From Chrysemys picta bellii (lineage: Eukaryota), in NCBI RefSeq assembly GCF_011386835.1, contig NC_088794.1, positions 144,212,001 to 144,276,000 on the forward strand: a DNA stretch of 64,000 nucleotides, in the 5' to 3' direction. Positions 12,581-23,478 of this stretch are shown here, in pieces. Position numbers and translations under genes: made by a program. Below the pieces are notes generated by a model. It saw only the letters and a program-made list of their open reading frames with translations, was not told the origin of the DNA and searched no databases. Each line of letters starts with the position of its first letter. Positions within the stretch are counted from its first letter, which is position 1.

Positions 12581-12686
12581 TACTAAGCAAGTACTGCATA
12601 TCAACCAGTTACGTGCTATTAGTGGTGGTGGTGGTGGAAAGGGGGAGCAGAACCCCCCCACACTTCACTTTAATACTTCCACTTGC

Positions 12687-12816
12687 TGGATCATTCAATG
12701 ATTGCGGGTTCTGTTCATTCCCCCTGAAGCACCTGGCATTGGCCACTGTCAGAAGACAGAATACTGGGCTAGATGGATAATTGGTCTGACCCAGTATGGC
12801 CGTTCTTATGTTCTTA
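12687..12816 (+). mobile_element. CR1 3' UTR fragment (second family, ttcttatg tail)
   Basis: ctgacccagtatggccgttcttatgttctta; reverse-complement relative of the tails at 33953 and 58809. Confidence 0.8.
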
Positions 12817-12943
12817 AGTAAATAAATACTTTAAGAGTTATACCTGTAAAAATGATATAATTAATTTGAGGGACACAGATGAAAATATATATATTAAACC
12901 CACCCCCACACCTTCCCTTACCTGTTTTACAAAGAGTGCATTA

Positions 12944-13247
12944 GGCTATGTCTACACTGCGAGCTAGAGGTGTGATTCTCCTGCTTGTAGAAACGTATTT
13001 GTGCAAGCTAGCGTGAGTACAAATAGCAGCGTAGCCGTGGTAGCATGGGTAGCAGCAGGAGAGGCATAGCTGAGCTGAGCTGTGCCTAGTACATACTCTC
13101 CACAGGTTTGTACTCAGCACAGCTCAAGCTGTGCCTTCGCCATGGCTACGGGTGCTATTTATACTCGCACTAACTTGAGGAGAGATAGCATGAGTGTGTG
13201 TCCATGAGTAGGAAATCACATCCCTTGCTCATAGTGTAGACATAGGT
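12944..13247. mobile_element. PIF/Harbinger MITE
   Basis: TIRs ggctatgtctacac / gtgtagacataggt; flanked by TTA and TGA. Confidence 0.75.
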
Positions 13248-13874
13248 TGAGAGGGTTACATTTGAAAAACAATTTACAAATCTAATTTGCTTTTCGCTAT
13301 TGTGGTATATTCGCTTTCTGAATTTCTTGCAGGGAGCACACTAAAAATACCTTTGCAGTTGGTTTTTAGTCAGTTTCATCTCTGGGTTCTCTTGCATGAA
13401 TGCAAAGCTTGAGTGTCAAGCATTGTTAGGGAAGGTTTGTTTGATTTTTTTTTTTCCCCCCTAAAATTATTTCCATTGAACTTTTTTATATTCCATAGAA
13501 ATATTTCTATGTCTTATTTATGTGTTTATTTACAAACACTGCATTTTGAGTCAAATTTCCTTTAAAAAATCTTTTGAAAGGACTGTTCCACAATCTCCAA
13601 GTAATCTTAGCTGGCAAGCCCTGGGGGGAATGAGGTGAAAATAATCTGTATTCATACAGAAAGGCAGACACCTTCCATTAGGCATTATTGATTTTTTAAT
13701 TTACACGATATACTTCTGTGCATCTTTTAGTCATTGGAAAGCACTAAGGGATTAGATTGCTAGATTAGCGATTAGATTAGAATATTCCCAGGCCTCAGAT
13801 TTTGAACAGGAAAGGTGTTTTGCAGTCCAGACAGCAAGAAAAGGTGCAGTGAAAAGAGAAAAGTGAGGATTCAG

Positions 13875-14173
13875 CAGTGTTGTCAATTCTTGTGATTTTT
13901 ATCACAGGCCTCATGATATTTGATGTTTCACTTAAAGCACTAGCTCCTGAGTCATGTGAATACGTAAGAACCTAAAGAAAATAGTTTAATTAAAATAAAA
14001 CAGTTTTTAGCCCTCATGTGTGCAAAGAAAAGCTTGAAAATGTGATGTGAGTGTACCCTAGAGGCTCAAAAACCAGAAGGCAAATAAAAAGATCTCCAAA
14101 TATATTATTAAAAAAGCCCTCATGAATTGTAAGGCAATTTCATGATTTTGGATGTTGGGGGTTGGTAATAATG
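13875..14173. mobile_element. Degenerate hAT-like MITE
   Basis: Imperfect TIRs cagtgttgtcaa / ttggtaataatg; TSD not convincing. Confidence 0.45.
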
Positions 14174-15158
14174 GGGTTGTGGGTATCCTTTCTAAAATTA
14201 AAAATGCACGCTTCAGAATACCGTAAGATCTGTAAGGTTACTCTTGTATAGTTGTCAGTATTGGCTTTCAAGGAATGTTTTAGAGTAGACCCTAGAATCA
14301 CTTCACTTTCCTTGATTGTTTTAAACATCCTTATAGGAGTGTGGGTGGGAGGAAGGGAGAGGCATGTGTTTTGTGGTGGTGGATGTGGGTGAGGTAAAGT
14401 GAAGAAGACAATCATGGTTGTAATATTGCAAAGGTAGACTAAGAATTTAACTAGTAATTTCCTGGCTTTTTAATGGTTGTGTTAGTGGTCTATGCACTTA
14501 AGAATCCTTAACTAGTTTTTAACAGTTTTTTTACTTTTCCGTTTGGTGGACTGTGAGGGTATATCTACACTACGAAATTAGGTCGAATTTATAGAAGCTG
14601 GTTTTATAGAAATCGGTTTTATACAGTCAATTGTGTGTGTCCCCACATAAAATACTCTAAGTGCATTAAGTCGGCGGACCGCGTCCACAGTACCGAGGCT
14701 AGCGTCGACTTCCAGAGCGTTGCACTGTGGGTAGCTATCCCACAGTTCCCGCAGTCTCCGCCGCCCATTGGAATTCTGGGTTGAGATCCCAATGCCTGAT
14801 GATGCAAAAACAGTGTCGCGGTGGATTCTGGGTACATGTCGTCAGGCCCCTCCCCCTCCGTCAGAGCAACGGCAGTCAATCGATTCATGCCTTTTTACGT
14901 GGGGTTACCTGTGCAGACAACATACCACGGCAAGCATGGAGCCCGCTCAGCTCAGCTCACCGTCACCATATGTCATCTGGGTGCCAGCAGACGTGGTACT
15001 GCATTGCTATACAGCAGCAGCTAATTGCCTTTTGGCAGTAGACGGTGCAGTATGACTGGTAGCCGTCATCGGCGATCTGGGAGCTGGCAGACGTGGGGCT
15101 GCATTGCTATACAGCAGCAGCTCCTTGCCTTTTGGCAGTAGATGGTGTATTACGACTG

Positions 15159-15613
15159 CACTGACCAGGGACAGAGACTTTGGGGGTTGTTGGACTTTTG
15201 GGACTTTGGGTGGTTGCTGGACCCAAGAAACTTTGGGGGTGTTGGACTTTGGGGACTCTGGGTGATTTTTGGGTTGCTGGATTCAAGAACCAAAGGGAAA
15301 AGGACACGGTCCAATTTGCTGGGGTGGGTCTTTTGCTCATGGTTTGTGTTATGAATCCTGTTTGTGGTGTTTCTTCCAATTTAATGCTGATGTCATTTAC
15401 CTCATGTTAGTAAACATTTTCTGCTACACTCAGACTCCGTGCTTGCAAGAGGGGAAGTATTGCCTCCTAGAGGCGCCCGGGGGATGGTATGTAATTGTCC
15501 CAGGTCACTGGGTGGGGGCTCGAGCCGGTTTTGCATTGCGTTATTGAAACAGAACCCCTAGATACAGAACCCGGCCCTTGTTGCTGCCAACTTAGATGGG
15601 CAGAAAGGTTACA
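15159..15613 (+). mobile_element. LTR 3' half (solo/partial) nested in the Harbinger element
   Basis: Tandem ggactttggg repeats, polyA-signal-like AGTAAA, terminus ...ggttaCA; abrupt junctions with Harbinger sequence on both sides. Confidence 0.65.
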
Positions 15614-15660
15614 CATGCTTGCTTTTAAACCATGTGTAATATTTACAAAGGTACACTCAC

Positions 15661-16227
15661 CAGAGGTCCCTTGTGTGCCCTCAGGGTCTGGGAGCACGCC
15701 TTAGGTGAGTTCGGGGGTTACTGGTTCCAGGTCCAGGGTGATAAACATATGATAAACATATCCTGGCTGTTGGGGAAACCGGTTTCTCCGCTTCCTTGCT
15801 GTGAGCTATCTTCATTGTCTTCTTCATCATCTTCCTCGTACCCCGAACCTGCTTCCCTGTTGCGTGATTCTCCATTGATGGAGTCAAAGCACATGGTTGG
15901 GGTAGTGGTGGCTGTACCCCCTAGCATGGCATGCAGCTCCGAGTAGAAGTGGCATGTTTGCGGCTCTCCCACGGACCTTCCTTTTGCCTCTCTGGCTTTG
16001 TGCTAGGCTTGCCTTAGCTCCTTAATTTTCACGCGGCACTGCTGTGCGTCCCTGTTATGGCCTCTGTCCTTCATGGCCTTTGAGACTTTTTCTAATATTT
16101 TGCCATTTCGTTTATTGCTACGGAGTTCAGCTAGCACTGATTCGTCTCCCCATATGGCGAGCAGATCCCGTACCTCCTGTTCGGTCCATGCTGGAGCGCT
16201 TTTGCAATCCTGGGACTCCATCATGGT
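15661..16227 (-). pseudogene. Harbinger Myb/SANT-like (trihelix) DNA-binding protein exon, disrupted
   Basis: APAWTEQEVRDLLAIWGDESV...RDAQQCRVKIKELRQA, then TAG at 16003-16005. It continues as ...CHFYSELHAMLGG plus an acidic tract. An 11-bp duplication (tgataaacata x2, 15739-15760) shifts the frame. A GTGAGT donor remains on the - strand near 15660. Confidence 0.85.
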
Positions 16228-17348
16228 TACCTGTGCTGATGAGCTCTGCGTGGTCACCTGTGCTCTCCACGCTGGGCAAACAGGAAATGAAATTCAAAAG
16301 TTCGCGGGGCTTTTCCTGTCTACCTGGTCAGTGCATCTGAGTTGAGAGTGCTGTCCAGAGCGGTCACAATGAAGCACTGTGGGATAGCTCCCGGAGGCCA
16401 ATAACGTCGAATTCCGTCCACACTACCCCAAATCCAACCCACAAAGGCCGATTTCAGTGCTAATCCCCTCGTCGGAGGTGGAGTAAAGAAACCGGTTTAA
16501 AGGGCCCTTTAAGTCGAAAAAAAGGGCTTCGTCGTGTGGACGTGTCCAGGCTTAATTCAATTTAACGCTGCTAAATTCAACCTAAACTCGTAGTGTAGAC
16601 CAGGCCTGAGTACTGTTATTATATATTTGCCTTGTGGTAATAGCTATCCACCCCAGTCAGAGCTCTGTTATACTGTACACAAAAATACTAAACAAAAATA
16701 CAGTCCCTGCCCCTAAGAGCTTAGCATGTGATGATATACAATAGATGGATGCAACAAACAGAGAGAGGAGGGAACACAAGGTAACAGTCCAATCTAGTAT
16801 AATAAGCAGCTATCTCAGCACAGCCACCAACTGCCTAGCCATTTTATATACATATGTACAAGTGTGTCTGTATTTTTTAATGTATAAAACCACAAAATAC
16901 TATGTTAAAAGAACATTATTAAGGTTGTAAAGTCAATCACTCAAAAGTTAGGAAATGCCAAGCTAGGGGTGTCTGTGCAATCTTCATGCATTCCCCTTGG
17001 GTGTATGCATTATGATAATTCCATGACTATATAGTATTTTTTCCACAGAACTCCAGCCTTCTTGCTTATCCAGTCACAGCCTCCCCTCCACCCATCTCCC
17101 AGTTGCAGTCTCCTTGCCCCGCCACTTCCAATTTCTCTCCCTGCCCACCTCCAGTCCACGTATCACCAGACTCCTTTTCCCAGTCTACTCTTCCCCCTCC
17201 TGAGGCTGCCTCGTGTCCAGTCTCTGCATTTGAATCAGGCACCTTTTCCTCCTTGCCGCATGGGTGCCAGCAGAGGATCATTGAGAACTCAGGAGAGAGA
17301 GGTTCCCTGCTGTCTGTTCCAGTGCCTGGCCCCATCCTGGCCTGGAGC

Positions 17349-17477
17349 CAGTGATGCTGGAACAAGGGATGTTGGGGGTGCAGCCTCACCCCCTGGCTTG
17401 AAGTAGTAATAACAAACACAAAATATATGGTTTCCATCGTCAGCACCCCCACTATAAAAATTGTTCCCGCAACTCTG
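17349..17477. mobile_element. hAT-type MITE (cagggrtgctggaac family), copy 2, inverted relative to copy 1
   Basis: cagtgatgctggaac ... ccccactataaaaattgttcccgcaactctg. Confidence 0.65.
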
Positions 17478-18777
17478 GTTGGATCACCCATGACAGGGGA
17501 AGTTCAACTTTGCCCCTGTGGCCCCGGGCTGGAGGGAGCATGCTTACTCATTCTGTGGGGATGTCCCACCATGTACAGTCTGGTCAACCGTAGGAGCTGA
17601 GAGAGGCTAGCATGCTCAGTGAGAGCAGAGTCTTTAGAGATTTTAGCAGCTAAAATACAATGAGTCTCTATTGAGCTTATACAAATTGCAATTTTTTTTC
17701 AAACACTTCTAACTTGGCCAAATTAGGGTGGATTTTTACGGGGTCAGCAAAAAGCACATCTCTGACACACAGGCCAATTCCTGCTGTATTTCACGTTCCT
17801 GCTCCAAAGCCTCGGAGTGCTAGAGCTTCTCAAAGAAAAAGCCAACAGAGTGTTTTTAACATGGGGAAAACAATGCATTTTCCCCTCATTCTCGGAAACA
17901 GCAGAACCATTTAGGCTGAAATTTTCCCCAAAAATTCAACTTGAGGCAGACATGGCATGTAAAATTTCAGCCCAAATGGTTAAAATTTGGCAAAGTTATA
18001 AGTGGCTGAAAACAAGTCTGATAAAGGGAAGTGTCTGGCAACCTTCAAAATAGGCAGCATTACCTGTTCTGCCTATTGTGTGTATATAACATTTCTATAT
18101 TTCAATAGATCGTATTAGGATTACTCTTCTATCACACAGCATGGTGGGCATGTGTATACATACATACACATGTTGCCTGATAGTCTGCAGGAATTTTTGT
18201 AACCAGATATTCAGAGTATATTTCACCACTGGGAGAACAATGATACTTAGCATTGAGGTAGCATTTTATATCTTCAAAGTGGTTGTGATACATTAAGGCC
18301 TGACCAAGCAAAGCACATAAGTATGTGCATAATTTTAAGCATGGGAACAGTTCCACTGACGTAGGTGGGGTTACTGACATGCTTAATATTACACACATAC
18401 TTGCGTCCTTTGCTGGATCAGAGCCCAATTGGTTAATCTTCATCACACCCTGTGAGATGGGTATATACTGTATGCTGAGCGTGTCAATGTCAAAAGTGGC
18501 TGAGAACTCAGGAGTATATGTCTCTAGGTACTAGAGCACACAGAAATAAAATGAAACCCAGAATGCAGCAGGAATGAGTGAAATAGGTTGTGTTTATAGC
18601 AGGGATGGAAAAAAAGTGGCAGTTCCTGACTGGCATCCTCACCACAAATTACCTTAGAGAGTATTAACCTGTCCCATTGTCAAGGTGACCCACTTACCTG
18701 CATTTATCTTAATTTAAAGTGTTCATTTGAAGCATGTAAAAGTGACACATTTGTATATTGTGTTTTTCTTTTCCTAG

Positions 18778-20230
18778 GACTCACTTTCTGAAATGATCAA
18801 CTCTGCAAATTTCTGGGCACATCTTTCTTCCGATATGAGCAGATCAATAGGATTTCACATTTGCATGGTCCTATGCAGCATTCTGCTCAGCTCCACCAGC
18901 CTGCAATGTCTAACCTTTCAGAAACTGGAGAAAGACACAGTACGGGTCCAACAAACTGCACTGGCAGGGAATGGGCTAGAAGACAAGAGGATGAGCATGC
19001 AAAGCTTGGAAAATAACGTAGGCCCTTCTGAGCAATCGACCAGTGTTGCTGTCTCAGAAGAGCCATCTGGAGTGTCAACAGAGCCATCTGGGACTTCATT
19101 AAACAAGATCTTCACTGCTAAAGGAGAAACACAGCACACAAGTCTTAGTGATAATCTTTTCATAGGCAGTCAGAGCCTCGATGTTTACCCCCCTACAGTG
19201 TCAATGGTTGTGGCAGATGAAAGTGAGTTCAGTCCCACTGACTCAAGCAAAGAGGCGAGTGAAAATGGGCTACTGAAGGCCATGCTAACTACAGCTTTGA
19301 CTACTCTCAATCCGGACATTGAGGCTGATGTGCTCAGTAGTACTGTGTCCAAGACGACAGTAGGGGGTAGCACAGAGGCCGGACATAGTTTTATTAGTGA
19401 CCTGGATAAGCATTTTTTTAGGATGGATGCTATAGAAGGAGGGAAGAAGGCAGATGGTAGTTCCGACCTCTCAGCTACACCCCAGCTTAGCAATGAAGAA
19501 TTGCCAACTCTGCACCCCAGAACCCAAAACTTAGAAGTGGTGAGTGACTACCCCACAAGCCCTTTACTTTTGGCTCATCAAACAGCTGATTCTGAGCCTG
19601 GAACACTGAAGCCAAATGTAGGGAGCCCTTTGCAGTTGACAGATGCCCGTGCCTCTGCCCTCACTGCGAAACAGACATTTGTATCCACTGATGCCTCCCT
19701 AAATTTGGAAACAAAAATGGACAGCAGCCAAGGAAGCTTGCGAGTGGCAGCTAGTGCTGTCACAGGCGCTCCAGCCGTCTCTATACTGAGTGATGATTGG
19801 GATGATACAAAATTAGGAACTATAAGTCAGGTAAGAGGCTCAAAGCATGAGGAGGAAAAACAGAACGATGTGATAGCGGAACCTCCTTGGACAACGGGAG
19901 GAGAGGATGATGAAGATGATGTGAAAAGAGGCATGCCGTTTACAGCTTCTGCATATGCAACAACCGTGAAACTAGAAAAAAACATGTACACTGGGCCAGC
20001 ACAGGTGTCCATGCAGGGGGAGGTGATGCCAACAGTTTCCTCTGGCCAAACTTCTGTTTATCTCACAAGTCCCTTGGCAGAAGCTGAAGTGACTGCTATA
20101 AACACAAAGGAAAATACAGAACCAGTCACAATGGATGATAGGAAAAGTGTCATCTTGTCATTGCCAGAGACTGTTACTATGACGGACACAAAATCCAATA
20201 TCTTCCTTACCCTGGGAAATTCATTAAAAG
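18778..20230 (+). CDS. ARMH4: ARMH4 (C14orf37) exon 2: signal peptide and Ser/Thr/acidic low-complexity ectodomain. The start homologous to mammals is ATG 18835; upstream in-frame ATG at 18793.
   Basis: Acceptor ttttcttttcctAG|G at 18777/18778; donor AAG|GTAACT at 20230/20231 (phase 1). MSRSIGFHICMVLCSILL..QCLTF, ENGLLKAMLTTA and SILSDDWDDTKL match the remembered human MRGPIVLHICLAFCSLLL..QCLAF, ESGLAKAMLTIA and SALSDEWDDTKL. Confidence 0.9.
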
Positions 20231-20530
20231 GTAACTTGCCTACCCACATTGAAATAAAAACCTACACTTGCTCTCCAGCATGGCTATTGGGAGAAGCACC
20301 TTTGTTATTGATTTGTCTCCTTAAAATCAAAGAACAAAAGCGAACAAAGATGGCTTTGATTTATAGCTAGAGGCTAACCTGCATCTGCAGTATAAATGTT
20401 TAAAGGGATGTTGTTATACATTTTTGTGCCTGCTATAGCGATGAGTAACAGCTAAGATTGCTAGAAATGAATGAAATGACTAAATATACTTTTTCTGTGC
20501 ATTTTGAGCTTTTGACAGCACCTCGTGTAT

Positions 20531-20743
20531 AATCATAGAATCATAGAACTGAAAGGGAGGTCATCTAGTCCAATCCCCTGCAGTCATGACAGGCCTAAGT
20601 ATTATCTAAACCATCCCTGACAGGCATTTGTCTGCCCTGCTCTTAAAAATCTCCAATGATGGAGATTCCACAACTTCCTTAGGCAATTTATCCCAGTGCT
20701 TAACCACCGTGACAGTTAGGAAGTTTTTCCTAATGTCCAACCA
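20531..20743 (-). mobile_element. CR1 3' fragment
   Basis: Tail atcatagaatcatagaa; gatggagattccacaac...gttaggaagtttttcctaatgtccaacc. Confidence 0.85.
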
Positions 20744-21769
20744 GTTTCAGTCTTTTGTTGATGATCAGTTCAAGCCTCCCACACTGAGGTGAGATCACTC
20801 TCATGCACTGAGCTGATGTGTATGCTCTACCTCATGCCCTGGGGAGAGAATGTTTACCAGCAACAGAAGCAGCAAAGCTGAAACTGAAAAGGCAGAAGCA
20901 GATGGACACATGGGGGTTAGAGCTGTGCCCGAGTGTCTGATGAATTTTCTCTCGATATAACCATCACTGGGGGGAGGAGAAAGAAAAAAGAAATATAAAA
21001 ACTGTTTTAAGGAGACTTTTAAAAAATTCTGTGCATAGAACACCATTTATATACTATCAAAAACTTGGGTGGGGGCGTTTGTTAGTAAAAAATTCAAGTT
21101 GACACTGTCCCTTTAGTGTATGGGGGTTTGTGTGTGTTTGTGTATTCCTGCATTCACTGTTCCATGAGGTAGGAACTTCGGAGCTTCTACTGGCGCCATT
21201 CAGTCTATGGGCCAAATTCAGCCCTGGCGTAAGCAAGTGCAACTCCAGCTGTCTTCTGGGGTCGTACCTGTCTTTACATTGTGTGATGGCTGTAAACTTA
21301 AACTCAAGTGCTGGGGGTGTGAACACCGTGAAGCATCTTCAAGCCAGGTACAAATGTTTCTGTAGTCAGTTTTGCCTGTAGCCTGTGACTTTGGAGAATC
21401 TGAAGGCTCAGTGCAATGATTCCACTGGAGCAGCAAGAGCAGGTAATGGAGGGCCTGGAGCCACTGAGGTTGGGATAGATAATGTGGGAATGGAAGAGTT
21501 GTTGACCTTCAGCCTCCTAGTCCTGGAGCAATTGCTGCTGTTCAAGAAGTTTGCAGACAGCTCAAAATTCTGTGTTCTGGCTCCGATTCATTGGCAGTTT
21601 TTGTGAGCTTGCAGAGGCTCTGGTTCTAGGTTAGAATTGAGTCACATTGGGAAAACTGCCTGGGCAAGGAGTGCACTGAAAATGAGAAAGAAAACAGATT
21701 CCTTCCATGGAACAGTGCAACGGTGCTTTTTCATGCAATGAACAGTGGATGCTGCTGCTATTATTTGTT

Positions 21770-21860
21770 GTTGTTATTTTATTTCTTAGTATTACTGTAG
21801 TGCCTAGAAACCCTAGTCCTGGGGTAGGACCACATTGTGATAAGTCCTGTACAAACTCAG
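21770..21860 (-). mobile_element. L2/MIR-type 3' tail remnant
   Basis: ttatt...gtattactgtagtgcctagaaaccc...ccacattgtgataagtcctgtacaaac. Confidence 0.45.
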
Positions 21861-21964
21861 CCTTCCCACCTCAAGATGTGCAAAAAACTTGACACCCCAC
21901 CTCTGCGCCTGGAAAACAAAACAAAGACAATGTTTGTGTTTTGATTCTGCTTTTACAGGAGTTT

Positions 21965-22005
21965 AGTATCAGTGGGGTAGCTGCGTTAGTCTGTATCCTC
22001 GTTGT
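21965..22005 (-). mobile_element. Ultra-short Penelope-like 3'-end insertion
   Basis: 21967-21998 matches 860-891 at 25 of 32 positions; flanked by direct repeat TTTTACAGGAGTTT at 21951-21964 and 22006-22019. Confidence 0.7.
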
Positions 22006-22035
22006 TTTTACAGGAGTTTGTTAATCCATTATGTT

Positions 22036-22684
22036 TAAGGCTAAGATTTTGTCACACATATTTTTAGTAAAAGTCACCGACAGGTCACGGGCAATAGAGA
22101 AAAATTCACAGAAGCCTGTGACCTGACCGTGTCTTTTTTTGAAAATATGCATGACAAAATGGGGAGCTGTGGAGTCCCCACAGCACCCGCAGCAGCTGCA
22201 GGGGCCCTGGCTTGGAGTTCAGGAGGCCCCCACCACCTGTGGCTAGGAGATCCAGGGGCCCCTGCTGCCTGTAGCAGCTGGGAGCTGCGGGGTACCCCCT
22301 GCTGGCAGTGGCTCAAAGCTCCAGAGGGCCCCCACTGCCCGCGGTGGCTGGGATCTCCGGGGTACCCCCTGCCCGCGGCGGCTCAGAGCTCCTGGTGGCC
22401 CCACCGCCTGTGGTGGCTGGGAGCTGCGGGCTACCCCTCTCACCCGGGAGCTGTGGGGTATCCCCACTACTCACGGTGGCCAGCAGCTGTGGGGTACCCC
22501 CACCACTCCTGGCAGCTTGGAGCTCGGGGGCCACACAGGTGGTGGGGGTACCCCGCAGTTCCCAGCTGCTGCTGCTGGTGGGGCCCCCGGGAGATCTGAG
22601 CCACCGCGGGCTGAAGTCACAGAGGTCTCTGGAAGTCACGGATTCCATGAGTTCCGTGACCTCCGTGACAAAAGCGTAGACTTA
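22036..22684. mobile_element. hAT-type non-autonomous element with GC-rich internal minisatellite
   Basis: TIRs taaggctaagattttgtcac / gtgacaaaagcgtagactta; 8-bp TSD ATTATGTT/ATTATATT (1 mismatch); repeated ggggtacccc units. Confidence 0.8.
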
Positions 22685-23229
22685 ATTATATTCTGTAATC
22701 ACAATGAATTATTGCTCTAAACTGGTTCCCTTTGTTTATTGCTCTGTGGATTATCCCAAATAATAGAGCTAGTAATGTGTAAAAATACCTGTGGTGGTAT
22801 GTTTTGTTTTATTTTAAGATACTTTTTCCAGAATTGGGGGGGTTTAATACATTTTTGAGAGCTGATTATTGATCTTTTACTAATCACTTAGGGCCTGATT
22901 CTGCCAAGCTCATTCACACTGAAGAGTGCTTTAGGTTCTAGTCCTACTCTGAGCGCCTCACAGAGCTCATTGCAGGCTCAAGGCCTTATTTAGTTATTAG
23001 TTGCATTTATCTGAAGGGAGCTCCATGTGGAGTAAGGGTGGCAGAATTGGACCCTTATAGGATAGGAAAAAAACCAAACCCTTTAGTTGTTCCCATTCAA
23101 TATTTCTTTTACCTCTTCCTTTTTGCTTTAAATTTCTTGTAACTTTTTTGGCTAGGGAGTTCCGCAATTAATATACAAGAAGTCGGTGGTAATTTTCAAA
23201 ATCAAAGCTGAAAAACGTTACTGCCATAG

Positions 23230-23478
23230 GTGTTACCCAAGAGACGATGACAGCCAGTCAAGAAACTGATGCCACCTTGCCAGTCATGACACCAGCATGC
23301 TTTGCTGTACACGAGCCCACAAGCGAAGCAAGCGTGACAGAGGAAGAAAGCAAGGGGGCAACCCTGATACCGACTGTTTCTAGTGGAGCCCAGCTGTCGA
23401 AAAAGTCAGAACACTCAGCCACTACTGTCGCCTTTACTGCCACCCATTTGTCTATTGCAAAAACCCCAGATGCCGAAG
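23230..23478 (+). CDS. ARMH4: ARMH4 exon 3 (249 nt, phase 1-1)
   Basis: Acceptor ccatAG|GT; donor GAAG|GTAGGG; GVTQETMTASQETDATL aligns with remembered human DIITQEMTTAVQEPDATL; frame continuous with exon 2. Confidence 0.85.

Larger units (their letters stand above)
14557..16606. mobile_element. Internally deleted PIF/Harbinger transposon retaining the Myb/SANT accessory gene exon
   Basis: TIRs gggtatatctacactacg / cgtagtgtagaccaggcc; 3-bp TSD TGA at 14554-14556 and 16607-16609; internal direct repeat with 100-bp period at 14987 and 15087; no transposase motif seen. Confidence 0.85.

Noticed and set aside
18793-20370. 525-aa ORF as a complete single-exon gene
   Set aside because: A donor at 20230/20231 and in-frame downstream exons show it is ARMH4 exon 2 plus intronic read-through.
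22140-22620. CRISPR-like spaced repeats (ggggtacccc units)
   Set aside because: Irregular, related spacers inside a TIR/TSD-bounded eukaryotic transposon; no cas genes.
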